From Nitrospirota bacterium (GTDB lineage: Bacteria > Nitrospirota > UBA9217), in NCBI GenBank assembly GCA_963754875.1, contig CAVWHO010000014.1, positions 64,001-128,000 on the forward strand: a stretch of 64,000 nt of DNA, read 5' to 3'. The notes under the pieces are model-generated. The model saw only the letters and a program-made list of their open reading frames with translations, had not been told where the DNA came from and made no database searches. Positions 1 to 11,207 of this stretch are shown here, piece after piece. Within the stretch, counting starts at the first letter, position 1; each line of letters starts with the position of its first letter. Made by a program: the position numbers and the translations under genes.

Positions 1-521
1 TGCGCCGAAAGGGATCGGCGCCCTGTACATCAAAAACGGACGCTACGCTTCTCGCCGATGCTGCACGGGGCAGGACATGAGCGCGGTTTGCGGCCGGGGA
101 CCGAAAATGCAGCCTTCATCGTCGGCCTCGGCGCTGCGAGTCTGGTTGCTGCGCCCATCCTAGAAACCGAAGGCCCGCGCCAGACGGCGCTCGGGCAGCG
201 CTTGTTCGACGGGTTTAAAGCAAGGGGGCGTACACGTGCATCTGAACGGCCATCCCGAGAAGAAGCTTCCGAATACCTGGAACATCAGCTTCGAAGGGTT
301 CACCGCCATGGATGTGATGGACGCCCTCGGCAAGGAAGATCGCCGTCTCTCCGGGGGCAGCCTGCCACGGCGATCTTGTCGAACCGTCGCATGTGCTTGC
401 TGCCATGGGCATTGATCCTGCACTCGCCCGGGGCGCGATACGGTTCAGCCTCGGCAGGGAGACTACGGAAGCGGAGATCGATAGGGTGATTGAGAAACTC
501 GGAAAAGATCTGAAGCGATAA
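1..521 (+). CDS. Cysteine desulfurase / selenocysteine-lyase-like PLP enzyme, C-terminal part (5'-truncated by the window, about 3 frameshifts)
   Basis: Stitched frames read APKGIGALYIK, HGAGHERGLRPGTEN, HLNGHPEKKLPNTWNISF, VSPGAACHG and GAIRFSLGRETTEAEIDRV, ending at TAA 519-521. Confidence 0.85.
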
Positions 522-554
522 CGGATCAGGAACTGCGGAACCAAGGGGAAAAAC

Positions 555-1940
555 GTGTCCAATGAACTCATCCTCATAGTCGATGACGAAGAAAGCGTGC
601 GCAAGAGTCTTGCCGACGTGATGCGCGACGAAGGTTATGAGGTTATGACCGCGTCCTCCGGCAAAGAAGGCATCGACGCTCTGGCCGAAACACAGCCGGC
701 GCTCGCGCTGCTCGATATCGCCATGCCGGAAATGGACGGGATCGAAACGCTCCGGCGGTTCAAGGAGATCAGGCCCGACCTGCCGGTCATCATGGTCACC
801 GGCCACGGGACTATTGAGATCGCGGTCAAGACCACGAAGATGGGCGCCTACGATTTCCTCGTGAAGCCTCCGGAACTGCAGCACCTTACGCTCGTCGTGA
901 AGCACGGGATCGAAGAATCCCGGCTGCGCGAGGAGAACGCCTCCCTCAAGCAGAGCATCGAGCGGCGGTACGAAATTGTGGGGGAAAGCGCTGACGATCA
1001 GACGCTCAAGCAGCAGATCGCACGTGCAGGGCCGACGAACGGCTGGGTGTTGATCCACGGAGAGAGCGGGACGGGCAAGGAGCTGGTTGCCCGCGCCATC
1101 CACCGGGCAAGCAAGCGCGCGAACGGTCCCTTCGTCGAGGTGAACTGCGCCGCCATTCCGCAGGAACTCATCGAGAGCGAACTTTTCGGCCACGAGAGAG
1201 GGTCCTTCACCGGGGCAACGGGCATGAAGCGGGGGAAGTTCGAGCTGGCTGACGGCGGGACCATCTTCCTCGATGAGATCGCCGATATGAGCATGGCCAC
1301 TCAGGCCAAAGTGCTGCGGGTGCTGGAAGGCCAGGAGTTCCAGCGCGTGGGCGGCACGAAAACGCTCAAGGCCGACGTGCGCGTGATCGCGGCGTCGAAC
1401 AAGAAGCTTGCTGAGGAAATAAAAAGAGGCTCCTTCCGCGAAGACCTCTATTATCGTCTGAACGTGATCCCGCTCGAAGTGCCTCCTCTCCGCGAACGAC
1501 AGGATGATATCCCGCGCCTCGTGCGCCACTTTCTGAAGGAGTTCTCCGTCGAATACGGCCAGAAGACCAAAGTCATCGATGAGGACGCCCTTGCGCTCTT
1601 TGTCCGATACCCCTGGCCGGGAAACGTGCGCGAACTCAGGAACAGTATCGAACGGCTGATGATCATGGTTCCCCGTACGTCGCTCTCGGTCAGTGACGTT
1701 CCACCGCCGATCAACGCATCGGTCGCGGGGCGGATCCCCCAGGAGTGCCCGGCCGGCATGCGGACGCGGCCCCACGATGCAACACTGAAGGATGCCCGCG
1801 CAGAGTTTGAGCGCGAGTTCATTTCGCAGAAGCTCAAAGAACACGGCGGGAACGTGAGCAAGACCGCCGATGCCATCGGCGTGGAGCGCAGCAACCTGCA
1901 CCGCAAGATCAAGGCGCTGGGGATCGAGGCGGAAGATTGA
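555..1940 (+). CDS. ntrX: Sigma-54-dependent response regulator, NtrX/NtrC family (REC-AAA+-HTH)
   Basis: REC domain (LIVDDE, LLDIAMP), GESGTGKE Walker A, GSFTGA loop, WPGNVREL, C-terminal Fis-type HTH. Confidence 0.85.
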   Translation: MSNELILIVDDEESVRKSLADVMRDEGYEVMTASSGKEGIDALAETQPALALLDIAMPEMDGIETLRRFKEIRPDLPVIMVTGHGTIEIAVKTTKMGAYDFLVKPPELQHLTLVVKHGIEESRLREENASLKQSIERRYEIVGESADDQTLKQQIARAGPTNGWVLIHGESGTGKELVARAIHRASKRANGPFVEVNCAAIPQELIESELFGHERGSFTGATGMKRGKFELADGGTIFLDEIADMSMATQAKVLRVLEGQEFQRVGGTKTLKADVRVIAASNKKLAEEIKRGSFREDLYYRLNVIPLEVPPLRERQDDIPRLVRHFLKEFSVEYGQKTKVIDEDALALFVRYPWPGNVRELRNSIERLMIMVPRTSLSVSDVPPPINASVAGRIPQECPAGMRTRPHDATLKDARAEFEREFISQKLKEHGGNVSKTADAIGVERSNLHRKIKALGIEAED

Positions 1941-2030
1941 TGCCGGATGAACGATGCATGATGCACGATGAGGCATTGTTTGCCTATGGCATATCCCGTT
2001 TTTTCTGTCCTGAATCGTGCATCCTGCATC
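1939..2030. repeat. Intergenic heptamer tandem array (GATGCAC-like) with downstream inverted copies
   Basis: gatgccg-gatgaac-gatgcat-gatgcac-gatgagg at 1939-1973; ctgaatc-gtgcatc-ctgcatc at 2010-2030. Confidence 0.75.
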
Positions 2031-2039
2031 ATCAACACT

Positions 2040-2880
2040 ATGATCGAAACTCATAACCTCACGAAATACTTCGGCGCTCTCGGCGCCGTGCAGTCTGTCA
2101 ACTTCAGCGTCGGCAAAGGCGAGGTCTTCGGTCTCCTCGGCCCGAACGGGGCGGGCAAGACCACGACGATCCGCATGCTGACGACGCTCCTTGCTCCTTC
2201 ATCAGGCTCAGCATCTGGTGGCGGGTCACGATGTGGTCGTGGACCCGCTGGGCGTCAGGCGTTCGATCGGCGTCGTGCCGCAGATGCTGAACCTCGATAT
2301 CGAACTCACCTGCATTGAAAACCTTGAATATCACGGCAGACTCCACAAGATGACCACCGCGGACCGGACAGCCCGGACCACGGAACTTCTTCACTTTGTC
2401 GGTCTCTGGGACAAGCGGGATACTCCCGTCGAACACGTTTCCGGCGGCATGCGCAGGAGGTTGTTGATAGCCCGGGGGCTCATGCACCGCCCCGGCGTCG
2501 TGTTCATGGACGAGCCTACGGTGGGTTTGGATCCCCAGGCGCGGCGGATGATCTGGGGGCTCATACAAGACCTGAAGCAAAGCGGCATCACGATCCTTTT
2601 GACTACGCACTATATTGAGGAAGCGGATTTTCTCTGTGACCGGGTAGCAATCATGCGTGCAGGAAAGATGATGGCCCTTGGCGCGCCTGCCGACCTCAAG
2701 GCAGTTGTGGGAAGATATGTACTCGAATGTCTCAACAGACACGATGTGCCGCGACGTTTCTTGTGGAGCCGGGAGGAAGCGCTCGAAGCGGGCAAGGGCA
2801 TGGGCTGTGATGTCGTGGCCCGCGATGTTACGCTTGAAGACGTATTTATCAGCCTGACCGGAGAGCGGATCGAAGGGTGA
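2040..2880 (+). CDS. ABC-2 (DrrA/NodI-like) transporter ATP-binding subunit, one frameshift near 2215
   Basis: GPNGAGKTT in the 1968 frame; [19 protein letters not shown] and TTH in the 2191 frame. Confidence 0.88.
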
Positions 2881-2896
2881 GTAAAAACATGAGGCG

Positions 2897-2968
2897 GAAG
2901 CCAGAAGACAGAAACCAAAATGAAATCGATATCTTTCTCCGGATTTCTGGCTCCCGTCTCCTGACTTC
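2897..2968. repeat. Intergenic heptamer array (GAAGCCA/TGACTCC family) with inverted copies
   Basis: gaagcca-gaagaca-gaaacca at 2897-2917; tggctcc-cgtctcc-tgacttc at 2948-2968. Confidence 0.65.
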
Positions 2969-2980
2969 TCGATGCATACT

Positions 2981-3709
2981 ATGAATTTCTACCCCATTTT
3001 CTGGAAAGAAATGATGCTCATTCGCAAGAAACCCTGGAGGTTCCTTGCGTCGAGCATGGTCATGCCCGTCCTCTACCTCGTTACGTTCGGCTGGGGCCTC
3101 GGCAGGGGCATGAACGTGGGCGGTAAGTACCTCGATTTCGTGCTGCCCGGGATTCTGGCACTGTCGGCCATGAATAACAGTTTTGGTCCGGTATCTACGT
3201 CACTCAATATCAGCAAGCTCTACACCAAAACGATCGAAGAGGTGCTCGTTTCTCCGGTGAGTCACTGGGACATAGCACTTGGCAGGACGCTCACCGGGTT
3301 TGTGCGCGGTTTGTTTTCCGCGCTCATGCTCCTGCTTGTCGGATTTGCTTCAGGCGTGCACCTGGAGGTGTCAGTCCTTTTTTTTGCCGTCCTCGGGTTG
3401 ACGGCGTTCTGCTTTGGCGCCGCAGGCGTGGCCGCGGCCATGATAGCCCGTTCTCACGAGGACATGGCCAACTTCAACAGTTTTTTCATTATTCCCATGT
3501 CATTCCTGGCAGGAACGTTCTTTTCTCCCGACAGGATGCCTGAACCTTTTCACAGCCTTATTCTGGCTTATCCGCTCACTCACGCAAACCTCGTGCTTCG
3601 TGCTCTTGCCTCGGGAAATAATCCGTCCGTGGGCTCGGCGCTCGTTCTCGGTGCATATGCCTTGTTTTTTTTCTATCTCGCAGGAATGATGGTCAAGAAA
3701 ACGGCGTAA
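2981..3709 (+). CDS. ABC-2 transporter permease
   Basis: About 6 hydrophobic segments, YLDFVLPGILA and FLAGTFFS...PLTH motifs; follows the ATPase gene. Confidence 0.9.
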   Translation: MNFYPIFWKEMMLIRKKPWRFLASSMVMPVLYLVTFGWGLGRGMNVGGKYLDFVLPGILALSAMNNSFGPVSTSLNISKLYTKTIEEVLVSPVSHWDIALGRTLTGFVRGLFSALMLLLVGFASGVHLEVSVLFFAVLGLTAFCFGAAGVAAAMIARSHEDMANFNSFFIIPMSFLAGTFFSPDRMPEPFHSLILAYPLTHANLVLRALASGNNPSVGSALVLGAYALFFFYLAGMMVKKTA

Positions 3710-3759
3710 GGGCCTCATCCGCGGTAACCGTCACGCATCGCTATCGATGTCTCATCCCA

Positions 3760-3790
3760 GAAGGCCATCGGCAGATGGCTTTCGCTTTTT
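3760..3790 (+). terminator. Probable intrinsic terminator
   Basis: gaaggccatc-ggca-gatggctttc hairpin followed by gcttttt. Confidence 0.55.
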
Positions 3791-3907
3791 GTGTTTTACC
3801 GCGGTCGTGAATATGTCCCAAAAAAAACTTTCCACCCCGGCAAGTCCGCTGACAGCGGCGTGGCCTGTTGTTTTGCAATGCAGGAGTGCCTCATTCCCTG
3901 TTTTTCA

Positions 3908-3936
3908 TTGACTTTTCGGGACTATAAGGCTAATAT
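3908..3936 (+). promoter_or_regulatory. Sigma-70-type promoter for the GH57 gene
   Basis: TTGACT-17 nt-TAATAT. Confidence 0.5.
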
Positions 3937-3996
3937 TTAAATCTGTCCGTATTATCAACATTATCAGCGAAAAGTCGGGGAAACAGGTTTCACTTG

Positions 3997-6176
3997 ATGC
4001 CGAAAGTTCAATTTATTTTTGCTATCCATAATCACCAGCCGGTGGGAAATTTCGAGTTCGTTGCCGAGGACGCTTACCAGAAGTCCTACCTGCCGTTTAT
4101 GAAGACGCTCGAACGCCACCGGTCGATCAAGATCACCTTGCATTATACCGGCATACTCTATCACTTCTTTGAACAGAAACATCCGGAATTCATCGATCTG
4201 CTGAAGCAACTGGTGCATGACGGCAGGGCGGAAATTCTGTCGGGCGGATTTTACGAGCCGGTCCTGGCCGTTCTTCCTGACGAGGACAAGGTAGGACAGA
4301 TCCGGACGCTCACGGACCATATCCGCCGCAAGCTCGGTTACGATGCACAGGGCATGTGGCTGGCGGAGCGGGTGTGGGAGCCGCACCTTCCGAAATTCAT
4401 CGCCGCAGCAGGCATCAACCATGTCGTGGTTGACGACTTCCATTTCAAGATGGCTGGCCTCCACGACGACGAGTTGGACGGCTATTACCTCACCGAGGAG
4501 CAGGACAGCCTGATCCGCATCTTTCCGGGAAGCGAAAAACTCAGGTACCTGATACCCTTTGAGCGGCCCGAACAGGCAATTGAGCTTCTTTCCTGCTCTC
4601 CGCTCAACGGAACGGAACCGGCTTGCAGTCATGGCGGACGACGGCGAAAAGTTCGGCGTCTGGCCCGAGACCTATCGTACGGTGTACGAGGAAGGATGGC
4701 TCGAACGGTTCTTCACGCTGATCGAGCAGAACGGCGAGTGGCTCGAAGACAACGACCTTCTCGGAATATCTCGAAAAAGAACAGCCGCGTGGGAAGATCT
4801 ATCTGCCGACCGCTTCCTATATGGAAATGGGAGAGTGGGCGCTCCCGACGCGCGCGATGAAAGAGTATGACGATGCCCTGGCAAAGGTCAAACATTCACC
4901 CGATTTCACGGACCTCAGGCCTTTCATCAAGGGCGGGATATGGAGAAATTTTCTTGCCAAGTACTCCGAGAGCAACCACATGCACAAGCGCATGATGATG
5001 GCGAGCAGGAAGGTACGCGCCGCTCTCGATGCGTTGAACGGGCAGGGCGTGAAGAAGAATGCCGAGGCAGCGAGGATGCTCGATCATCTCTACCAGTCGC
5101 AGTGCAACGATGCGTACTGGCATGGCGTCTTCGGAGGACTCTATCTGCCGCATTTGAGATCAGCGGTCTACGAACAGGTGATCCAGGCGGAGTTTCTTGC
5201 GGACAAGGTCTTGAAGCGAGGCAAGGGTCAGGGAAAGCGGAAGAACAATTCTGAACCGTCGTGGCTGGAGATCGAGCAAGGGGATTTCGACCAGGACGGG
5301 CGTGACGAGGTAATGCTGAATTCTGAACTGCTGAACCTCTTCATCGACCCGGCTGAAGGCGGAAGGATAGCGGAGCTCGACTGGAAGCCCCGTCCCTTCA
5401 ACCTTATGAACACGCTTACCCGCAGGCGTGAGGGCTACCACGACAAGATCCTGCACGCGGCCGCGGCGGCCGCGGGGCCGCAGGACGGCGGCGTGAAGAC
5501 CATTCACGAACGAGTGGCCATGAAAGAGGACGGGCTCCAGTATCATCTGCTTTACGACTGGTATACCCGCGGTTCTCTGCTCGACCATTTCCTGGGGTCC
5601 GGCGTGGACCTCATCAGCTTCATGCGGTCCGAATATTACGAGGCCGGGGATTTCGTTCTCGGCCATTACGGCGTCAAACACCAAAAGCAGGGGAATGCCG
5701 CCGTCATCCTCGAACGCACGGGGCAGGTGGAAGGACTGGGCGTACGGCTCAAGAAGGAAATATCTCTGGCGAAGGCCGCACCGGAGTTTACCGTGAAGTT
5801 CGGGATCACGAATCTGAGTACTGAGGAGTTGAATACGTCATTCGGCAGCGAGTTCAATTTTTCATTCCTTGCGGGCAATGCCCCTGACCGGTATTACGAT
5901 ATGCCCGGCCATACTCTGGATAAGCGGAACCTGGCGTCGATCGGGGAGATCAACAACGTGAGCAAGGTGAGCCTTGTCGACGAGTGGCTGAAACTCAGGC
6001 TCTCACTAGCGTTCACGCAGCCGGCAATACTCTGGCGGGCCCCGGTCGAGACGGTATCGCAGTCAGAAGGCGGGTTCGAGCGGGTGTACCAGAGTTCTCT
6101 GGTGATGCCGATCTGGCGGATTTCGCTTCAACCCCGTTCGTTATGGGAAACGGAAATCACCGTGAAGATTGAATGA
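3997..6176 (+). CDS. GH57 alpha-amylase / 4-alpha-glucanotransferase, frameshifts near 4590 and 4755
   Basis: HNHQPVGN, GMWLAERVWEP, ADDGEKFGVWP, YLPTASYMEMGEW, QCNDAYWHGVFGGLYLPHLR and ETVSQSEGGFERVYQ across three frames. Confidence 0.88.
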
Positions 6177-6333
6177 CCCGGCTGGAACAGCAGGTTGAAT
6201 TGCCGATGTGCGATAACCGCTGAGGACTCTCTGAGACCGCCTTCGCATTGCGGACACCCGTGTAGAACAAAGGCTGCGTTAGGATGAAGACCCGTATTTT
6301 GAGAATGCCTTTAGAAAAGAGGACCCCAGAAGC

Positions 6334-8103
6334 ATGAAAAAAATATTCACTGGTTTCTTATTGCTGCTATCGATGGGTGTTGCCGTGCATGCGGCTGAAA
6401 AGCCCCTCGGCGTGGAAGAATATACTTCTATCGACCAACTCGCAACGGAGATCGTATCGTACTTTCCCAAAGTCCAGGGGGAGGTAAAAGCAGTGCAGGG
6501 CGACCGGCTCACTATCGCCCTCGGTACGAAAGACGGATTGACGCCGGGCGTCGAACTCGCGCTTTGGCGGGACGGCAAGGAAATCCTCCACCCCGTTACC
6601 GGTGCGGTGATCGGCCGTGCCGAAGTGCCGGTAGGCAGCGCCGAAGTACTCAGCCTGTCAGAAACGTCTTTAACGGCGGTGGTGAGGGACAGAGTGCTGG
6701 ACCCGAAACCCGGGGACAAGGCGAGGATCACGCCGAAAAAGATCAATCTCGCCATCCTTCCGGTCAGGGCCGATCGGCCGGAGATCATTCATCGCCTGAC
6801 CGAACGACTGAATGAACTCGGCAGATTTACGCTGCTCGATAGCGAAAAGGCCGCTGATTTCCTCAGAGGGAAAAAGCAGCGGGATGAATCGCTTATCCGG
6901 GAAATGAGCAAGGCCTTCAACCTGGACGTGATTGCGGCAGTGGGGATCTACCCGACGGAAGGTGGAAAAATCCTCGTAACCACACGGTTGTTTTACGCCG
7001 ACGAGGCAAGACCGCTTGATACGATTGTGGCCATGATAGATTTGAAGACGAAAAAAGACGCATTCGGCGAAGTGAAGCCTTACTTTGCGCCGACGAAAGT
7101 GGAAAAGAGCAACATTACCGAATTGCCCTTCGAAGCGCAGCTGTTCGCGGCCGCGAACCTCGACGGTACCGGCGGTCTGGAGTATGTATTTTCCGATGGC
7201 GCGAGACTCCATATCTACCGGCAGAGCGCCGCTGGCTGGCGGGAAGAATGGGCGGAGCCGGCAGGTCCCCGGGATATAGAAATACAGCACATCAACCTTG
7301 ATGTGGCGGACATCAATGGCGACGGCAGGCCGGAGATTTTTGTGACGGAAATGCGGAATGGGACCGTCGTTTCCCATGTCGTCGAATTTCGTAACGGCCT
7401 GTATCAGAGGATAGCCGACGTCCCCGGCTTTCTCCGCGTCGTCAACTACCCCGGCATGGGAAGGATACTCATCGGCCAGGATTACGATTCGAAGTCGTTT
7501 TATACCGGGCCGCCGAGGCAGTATGAATGGTCCAATGGCAAATACGTTCTCGGCCGGGAAATCTCGCTGCCGGAGGGGATAGGCATCTACGGATTCGTTT
7601 TCGCCAATGTCGGCGAATCCAGTCCTCTTCTCGTTGCGCTTACCGAGAAAGACCGCGTGGTCGTTTACTCGAAAGACACCCGTATCTGGAGGAGCGAAGA
7701 AGCGTATCCGTCGGTCGGGATAACCGTGACCAAGCCGGTAACGGACGCTGTCAGCATTATCTCTCAGTCTGTTGGCGAAGGGCAAAAGAGCCAGAAAGTC
7801 AGGATTTCGGGAAGGGTCCTTGCGCTTGACATGAACGGGGACGGCAAAGACGAGATCATTCTGGTGAAAAATATCGGCGACCCCTTCCTGGGGTATTATG
7901 CGAAATCCGAGATCGTCAGCCTGGGATGGACAGGGGCGCGACTCGAGCAGCAGTGGGCCGTGAAAGATGTGCCGGGCGCCGTTCCCGATTTTGAGATTGT
8001 CCGGCAGGAGAGTGCGGGAGTAAGTATCCTGGCCCTGGTGAAATCTCCGGGAGGGCTTTTTGCCAAGGACAAGTACAGCGTTTTAACGTTCATGGCCAAG
8101 TGA
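6334..8103 (+). CDS. Exported FG-GAP/VCBS-repeat protein
   Basis: Signal peptide ending AVHA; DINGDGRPEI, DMNGDGKDEI and NLDGTGGLEY repeats. Confidence 0.75.
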   Translation: MKKIFTGFLLLLSMGVAVHAAEKPLGVEEYTSIDQLATEIVSYFPKVQGEVKAVQGDRLTIALGTKDGLTPGVELALWRDGKEILHPVTGAVIGRAEVPVGSAEVLSLSETSLTAVVRDRVLDPKPGDKARITPKKINLAILPVRADRPEIIHRLTERLNELGRFTLLDSEKAADFLRGKKQRDESLIREMSKAFNLDVIAAVGIYPTEGGKILVTTRLFYADEARPLDTIVAMIDLKTKKDAFGEVKPYFAPTKVEKSNITELPFEAQLFAAANLDGTGGLEYVFSDGARLHIYRQSAAGWREEWAEPAGPRDIEIQHINLDVADINGDGRPEIFVTEMRNGTVVSHVVEFRNGLYQRIADVPGFLRVVNYPGMGRILIGQDYDSKSFYTGPPRQYEWSNGKYVLGREISLPEGIGIYGFVFANVGESSPLLVALTEKDRVVVYSKDTRIWRSEEAYPSVGITVTKPVTDAVSIISQSVGEGQKSQKVRISGRVLALDMNGDGKDEIILVKNIGDPFLGYYAKSEIVSLGWTGARLEQQWAVKDVPGAVPDFEIVRQESAGVSILALVKSPGGLFAKDKYSVLTFMAK

Positions 8104-8178
8104 TAGAAAATGCTTCTCCCTCGACGTGAATAGACGGAACGAGACATGCACGAAAAGAATAATAAGAAAGAAAAGGAA

Positions 8179-8926
8179 ATGCAGACTATCGACGAACTGC
8201 GGGCACGGCTGGATCCGTCCGGCCTCCCGCGGCATATTGCAATCATCATGGACGGAAACGGCAGGTGGGCTCTGCGCAGGGGCCTTCCAAGGGTCGCGGG
8301 CCACAAACGGGGCGCCGAGACGGTGCGCCGCATTACTGAAGTTTGCCGTGGGTTGGGGGTTCCGGTCCTTACCCTGTACGCTTTTTCCGACGAAAACTGG
8401 GGCAGGCCCAAACAGGAAATAGGTTTTCTCATGGACATGCTCGGGGTATTCCTCAAGGCCGAGATCGCGACCATGAAAGCAAACGGCATCAAGTTCCGCA
8501 CCATCGGGAGAATTGAACGGCTCCCGTCATCGGCTGCAATCGTGGGTCGAAAAAGCCATGAACGAGACGGCAGCTAACACCGGTCTGGTCCTGAACCTTG
8601 CGCTGTCCTACGGAGGCCGCGGCGAAATTCTGGAAGCGATCAAACGGAGCATGGCCGCGGGTGGAACGGCTGGACCGTTGACCGAAGAGGTTTTTGCCTC
8701 GTACCTCGATACCGCCGGATTGCCGGACCCGGACCTGATCATCCGTACCAGCGGCGAAAAGAGGATCAGCAATTTCCTGCTCTGGCAGGCCGCTTATGCC
8801 GAGCTGTATTTTACCGACACGCTCTGGCCGGACTTCGAGGAACGAAGCCTGCTTGAAGCGCTCATCGACTACCAGGGCCGGCAACGCAGGTTCGGGCTTA
8901 CCCAGGACCAGCTCGTACAGAAATAG
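8179..8926 (+). CDS. uppS: Undecaprenyl diphosphate synthase, frameshift near 8535
   Basis: HIAIIMDGNGRWA and YAFSDENWGRP, then LALSYGGR and DLIIRTSGEKRISNFLLWQ in the second frame. Confidence 0.93.
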
Positions 8927-9068
8927 GGGTGCACAAGGGCCGCTTATGCTGACCAGACGTATAAGACGGAGGGGAAGGATGTTTTTTGCTGTCTGATTTT
9001 TACCTCCAGCTCCGTCATTTTTCCCAATCCGCTGCAGCGATGTAAAAATAAATCTCCGTGGAGAGTGC

Positions 9069-9869
9069 ATGCTGCGTAAGAGAGTGATCTCGGGGCTTCT
9101 TTTTCTTCCCATCTTTTATCTGGTCGCCTGGGAACTCCCGCCGGTGTATTTCACGGCTCTGGTCCTTGCTGCCGTGCTGGTGGGACAGTACGAATTCTAC
9201 CGTATGGCGAGGGCGCGCGGATATCAGCCTCTTTCGCTGCTGGGGATGGCGCTCGGCGTTCTCGTACTGTTGGGTTTTTATCGTCCCCTGCATCCCGACC
9301 TGGGAATGCTTTTCCCCGTTGCCTTAAGCATGCTCGTTATCATGATCGCTCGATTGTTTTCTGCCCGCCCCGTTGCTGGCGCGTTCGAAGACGTCGCGTC
9401 GACGTTCCTCGGTGTGTTTTATGTGGCCATGCTCTTTGCTTTTCAGGTCGTCATTCGAACCGGCCCTGACGGAAAGCAGTGGCTGGTGTTTTTGTATTTT
9501 ATCATTTGGGCGTCGGATATCGGCGCCTATTCGATCGGCATCCCTTTCGGCAAGCACCGGCTCTACGAAAAAGTGAGCCCCAAGAAAAGCATGGAAGGTT
9601 TTGCAGGCGCACTTGCCGCATCGGCGGGCATGGCCCTTCTGTGCCGGGTCTGGTTCATGCCGCCGATCAGCATGCCAGAAGCAGTGGCAATCGCTCTGGC
9701 GCTGGCGGTGATCGGCACCATCGGCGATCTCGTTGAGTCCCTGCTCAAGCGTTCGGCCGGCGTTAAGGACTCGGGCGGCATCATTCCCGGCCACGGCGGC
9801 ATCCTGGACCGTATGGACAGCATGCTCTTTGCCGCACCGGTGCTGTATTATTATCTCAGGATGCGATAG
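9069..9869 (+). CDS. cdsA: Phosphatidate cytidylyltransferase
   Basis: SPKKSMEG and KRSAGVKDSGGIIPGHGGILDRMDS; uppS-cdsA-dxr synteny. Confidence 0.95.
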   Translation: MLRKRVISGLLFLPIFYLVAWELPPVYFTALVLAAVLVGQYEFYRMARARGYQPLSLLGMALGVLVLLGFYRPLHPDLGMLFPVALSMLVIMIARLFSARPVAGAFEDVASTFLGVFYVAMLFAFQVVIRTGPDGKQWLVFLYFIIWASDIGAYSIGIPFGKHRLYEKVSPKKSMEGFAGALAASAGMALLCRVWFMPPISMPEAVAIALALAVIGTIGDLVESLLKRSAGVKDSGGIIPGHGGILDRMDSMLFAAPVLYYYLRMR

Positions 9870-9904
9870 TGGAATGCGGAGAATTGAATGCGGAGAGTAA
9901 GCGC

Positions 9905-11065
9905 TTGAAGAAAATTTCCCTGCTGGGCTCCACGGGTTCGATCGGGCGGTCTACGCTCTCCGTAGTTGCACAATTTCCCGATCGCTTCAAGGTCGTCGCT
10001 CTTGCTGCGGGCAATAACGTTGTGCTCCTGGAGAAGCAGGTGCGGCAATTCAAACCGTCTGTTGCTGCTGTTGCCGGAGAAAAAGCCGCCGAGGACCTGA
10101 AGGCGCGTTGCAAGGACCTGAAGGTACGTATCTTCTCCGGCGTCGACGGTATGGTCCAGGTCGCTTCCGCCGATGATGCGGACATCACCGTTTCGGCCAT
10201 CGTGGGGACTGCCGGCCTCGTGCCGACGATGGCCGCGATCCGCTCAGGCAAGCATATTGCGCTGGCGAACAAGGAAGTCCTCGTTACGGCAGGAGAACTC
10301 GTCATGGCCGAGTCCCGTTCCCGCGGGATCAGCATCTTCCCGGTGGACAGCGAACACAGCGCCATCTTCCAGTGCCTGCAGGCAGGTGCGAACAATGATA
10401 TCCGAAAGCTGATCCTGACCGCGTCGGGCGGGCCCTTCCGGGCTTTTTCCAAAAAAGACCTTTTGCAGGTGACGCTGGCACAGGCGCTCAAGCACCCGAA
10501 CTGGAGTATGGGCAGGAAGATCACCATCGATTCGGCGACGCTCATGAACAAAGGGCTCGAGGTGATCGAAGCGCGGTGGCTTTTTAACATCCCCCAGGAC
10601 AGGATCAAAGTGCTGGTCCATCCGCAAAGCATTATTCATTCCATGGTTGAATATCGGGACGGCGCGGTCGTTGCGCAACTCGGTATGCCGGACATGAAGG
10701 GGCCGATCGCCTACGCGTTGTCGTATCCCGAGCGTCTGGCGGACGTTTCGCCGGCCCTCGATCTGGCAAGCATCGGTACTCTCACGTTTGAAGAGCCGGA
10801 CATGGACCGTTTCCCCTGTCTTGCCTATGCCTTCGAAGCGCTGAAAGCAGGAGGCACCATGCCGGCGGTCGTATCTGCAGCGAACGAGGTTGCGGTCAAA
10901 TATTTTCTTGATGAGAAGATCGGATACGGCGCTATCGCAAGCGTGATCAATGCCACGATGACAGCTCATACGCCATCCCCTATCAAGACCATTGAGGACG
11001 CGCTCACTGCGGACCTCTGGGCCCGGCAGGAAGCGGAGAAGGCGGTTTCGAAAATTAAGATGTAA
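9905..11065 (+). CDS. dxr: 1-deoxy-D-xylulose 5-phosphate reductoisomerase
   Basis: LGSTGSIG, LANKE, PVDSEH, HPNWSMGRKITIDSATLMNKGLE; TTG start inferred. Confidence 0.96.
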   Translation: MKKISLLGSTGSIGRSTLSVVAQFPDRFKVVALAAGNNVVLLEKQVRQFKPSVAAVAGEKAAEDLKARCKDLKVRIFSGVDGMVQVASADDADITVSAIVGTAGLVPTMAAIRSGKHIALANKEVLVTAGELVMAESRSRGISIFPVDSEHSAIFQCLQAGANNDIRKLILTASGGPFRAFSKKDLLQVTLAQALKHPNWSMGRKITIDSATLMNKGLEVIEARWLFNIPQDRIKVLVHPQSIIHSMVEYRDGAVVAQLGMPDMKGPIAYALSYPERLADVSPALDLASIGTLTFEEPDMDRFPCLAYAFEALKAGGTMPAVVSAANEVAVKYFLDEKIGYGAIASVINATMTAHTPSPIKTIEDALTADLWARQEAEKAVSKIKM

Positions 11066-11207
11066 TGACAGATGACTAACCAGGGGTTCGCTTCGCGAAC
11101 TCACTGTAAGGCTTAAGCGTTTCAGCGACGCAAAGCGTTCGCTCCGTGCAGCCGATTACCGTGCGCGCCGCAGGCGCCCGTGTTCCGGTGTTTAAAAGGA
11201 GTAATAC

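Noticed and set aside
300..2054. Long antisense ORFs (also 13435-15420, 30365-31636, 37640-39130 and 60729-61910)
   Set aside because: They are shadows of well-conserved genes on the opposite strand in GC-rich DNA, with no recognisable motifs
11080..11185. Small hairpins between dxr and rseP (gttcgc-ttc-gcgaac, gcgcc-gca-ggcgc)
   Set aside because: They are single-copy in the window and too short to assign; possibly a decayed repeat
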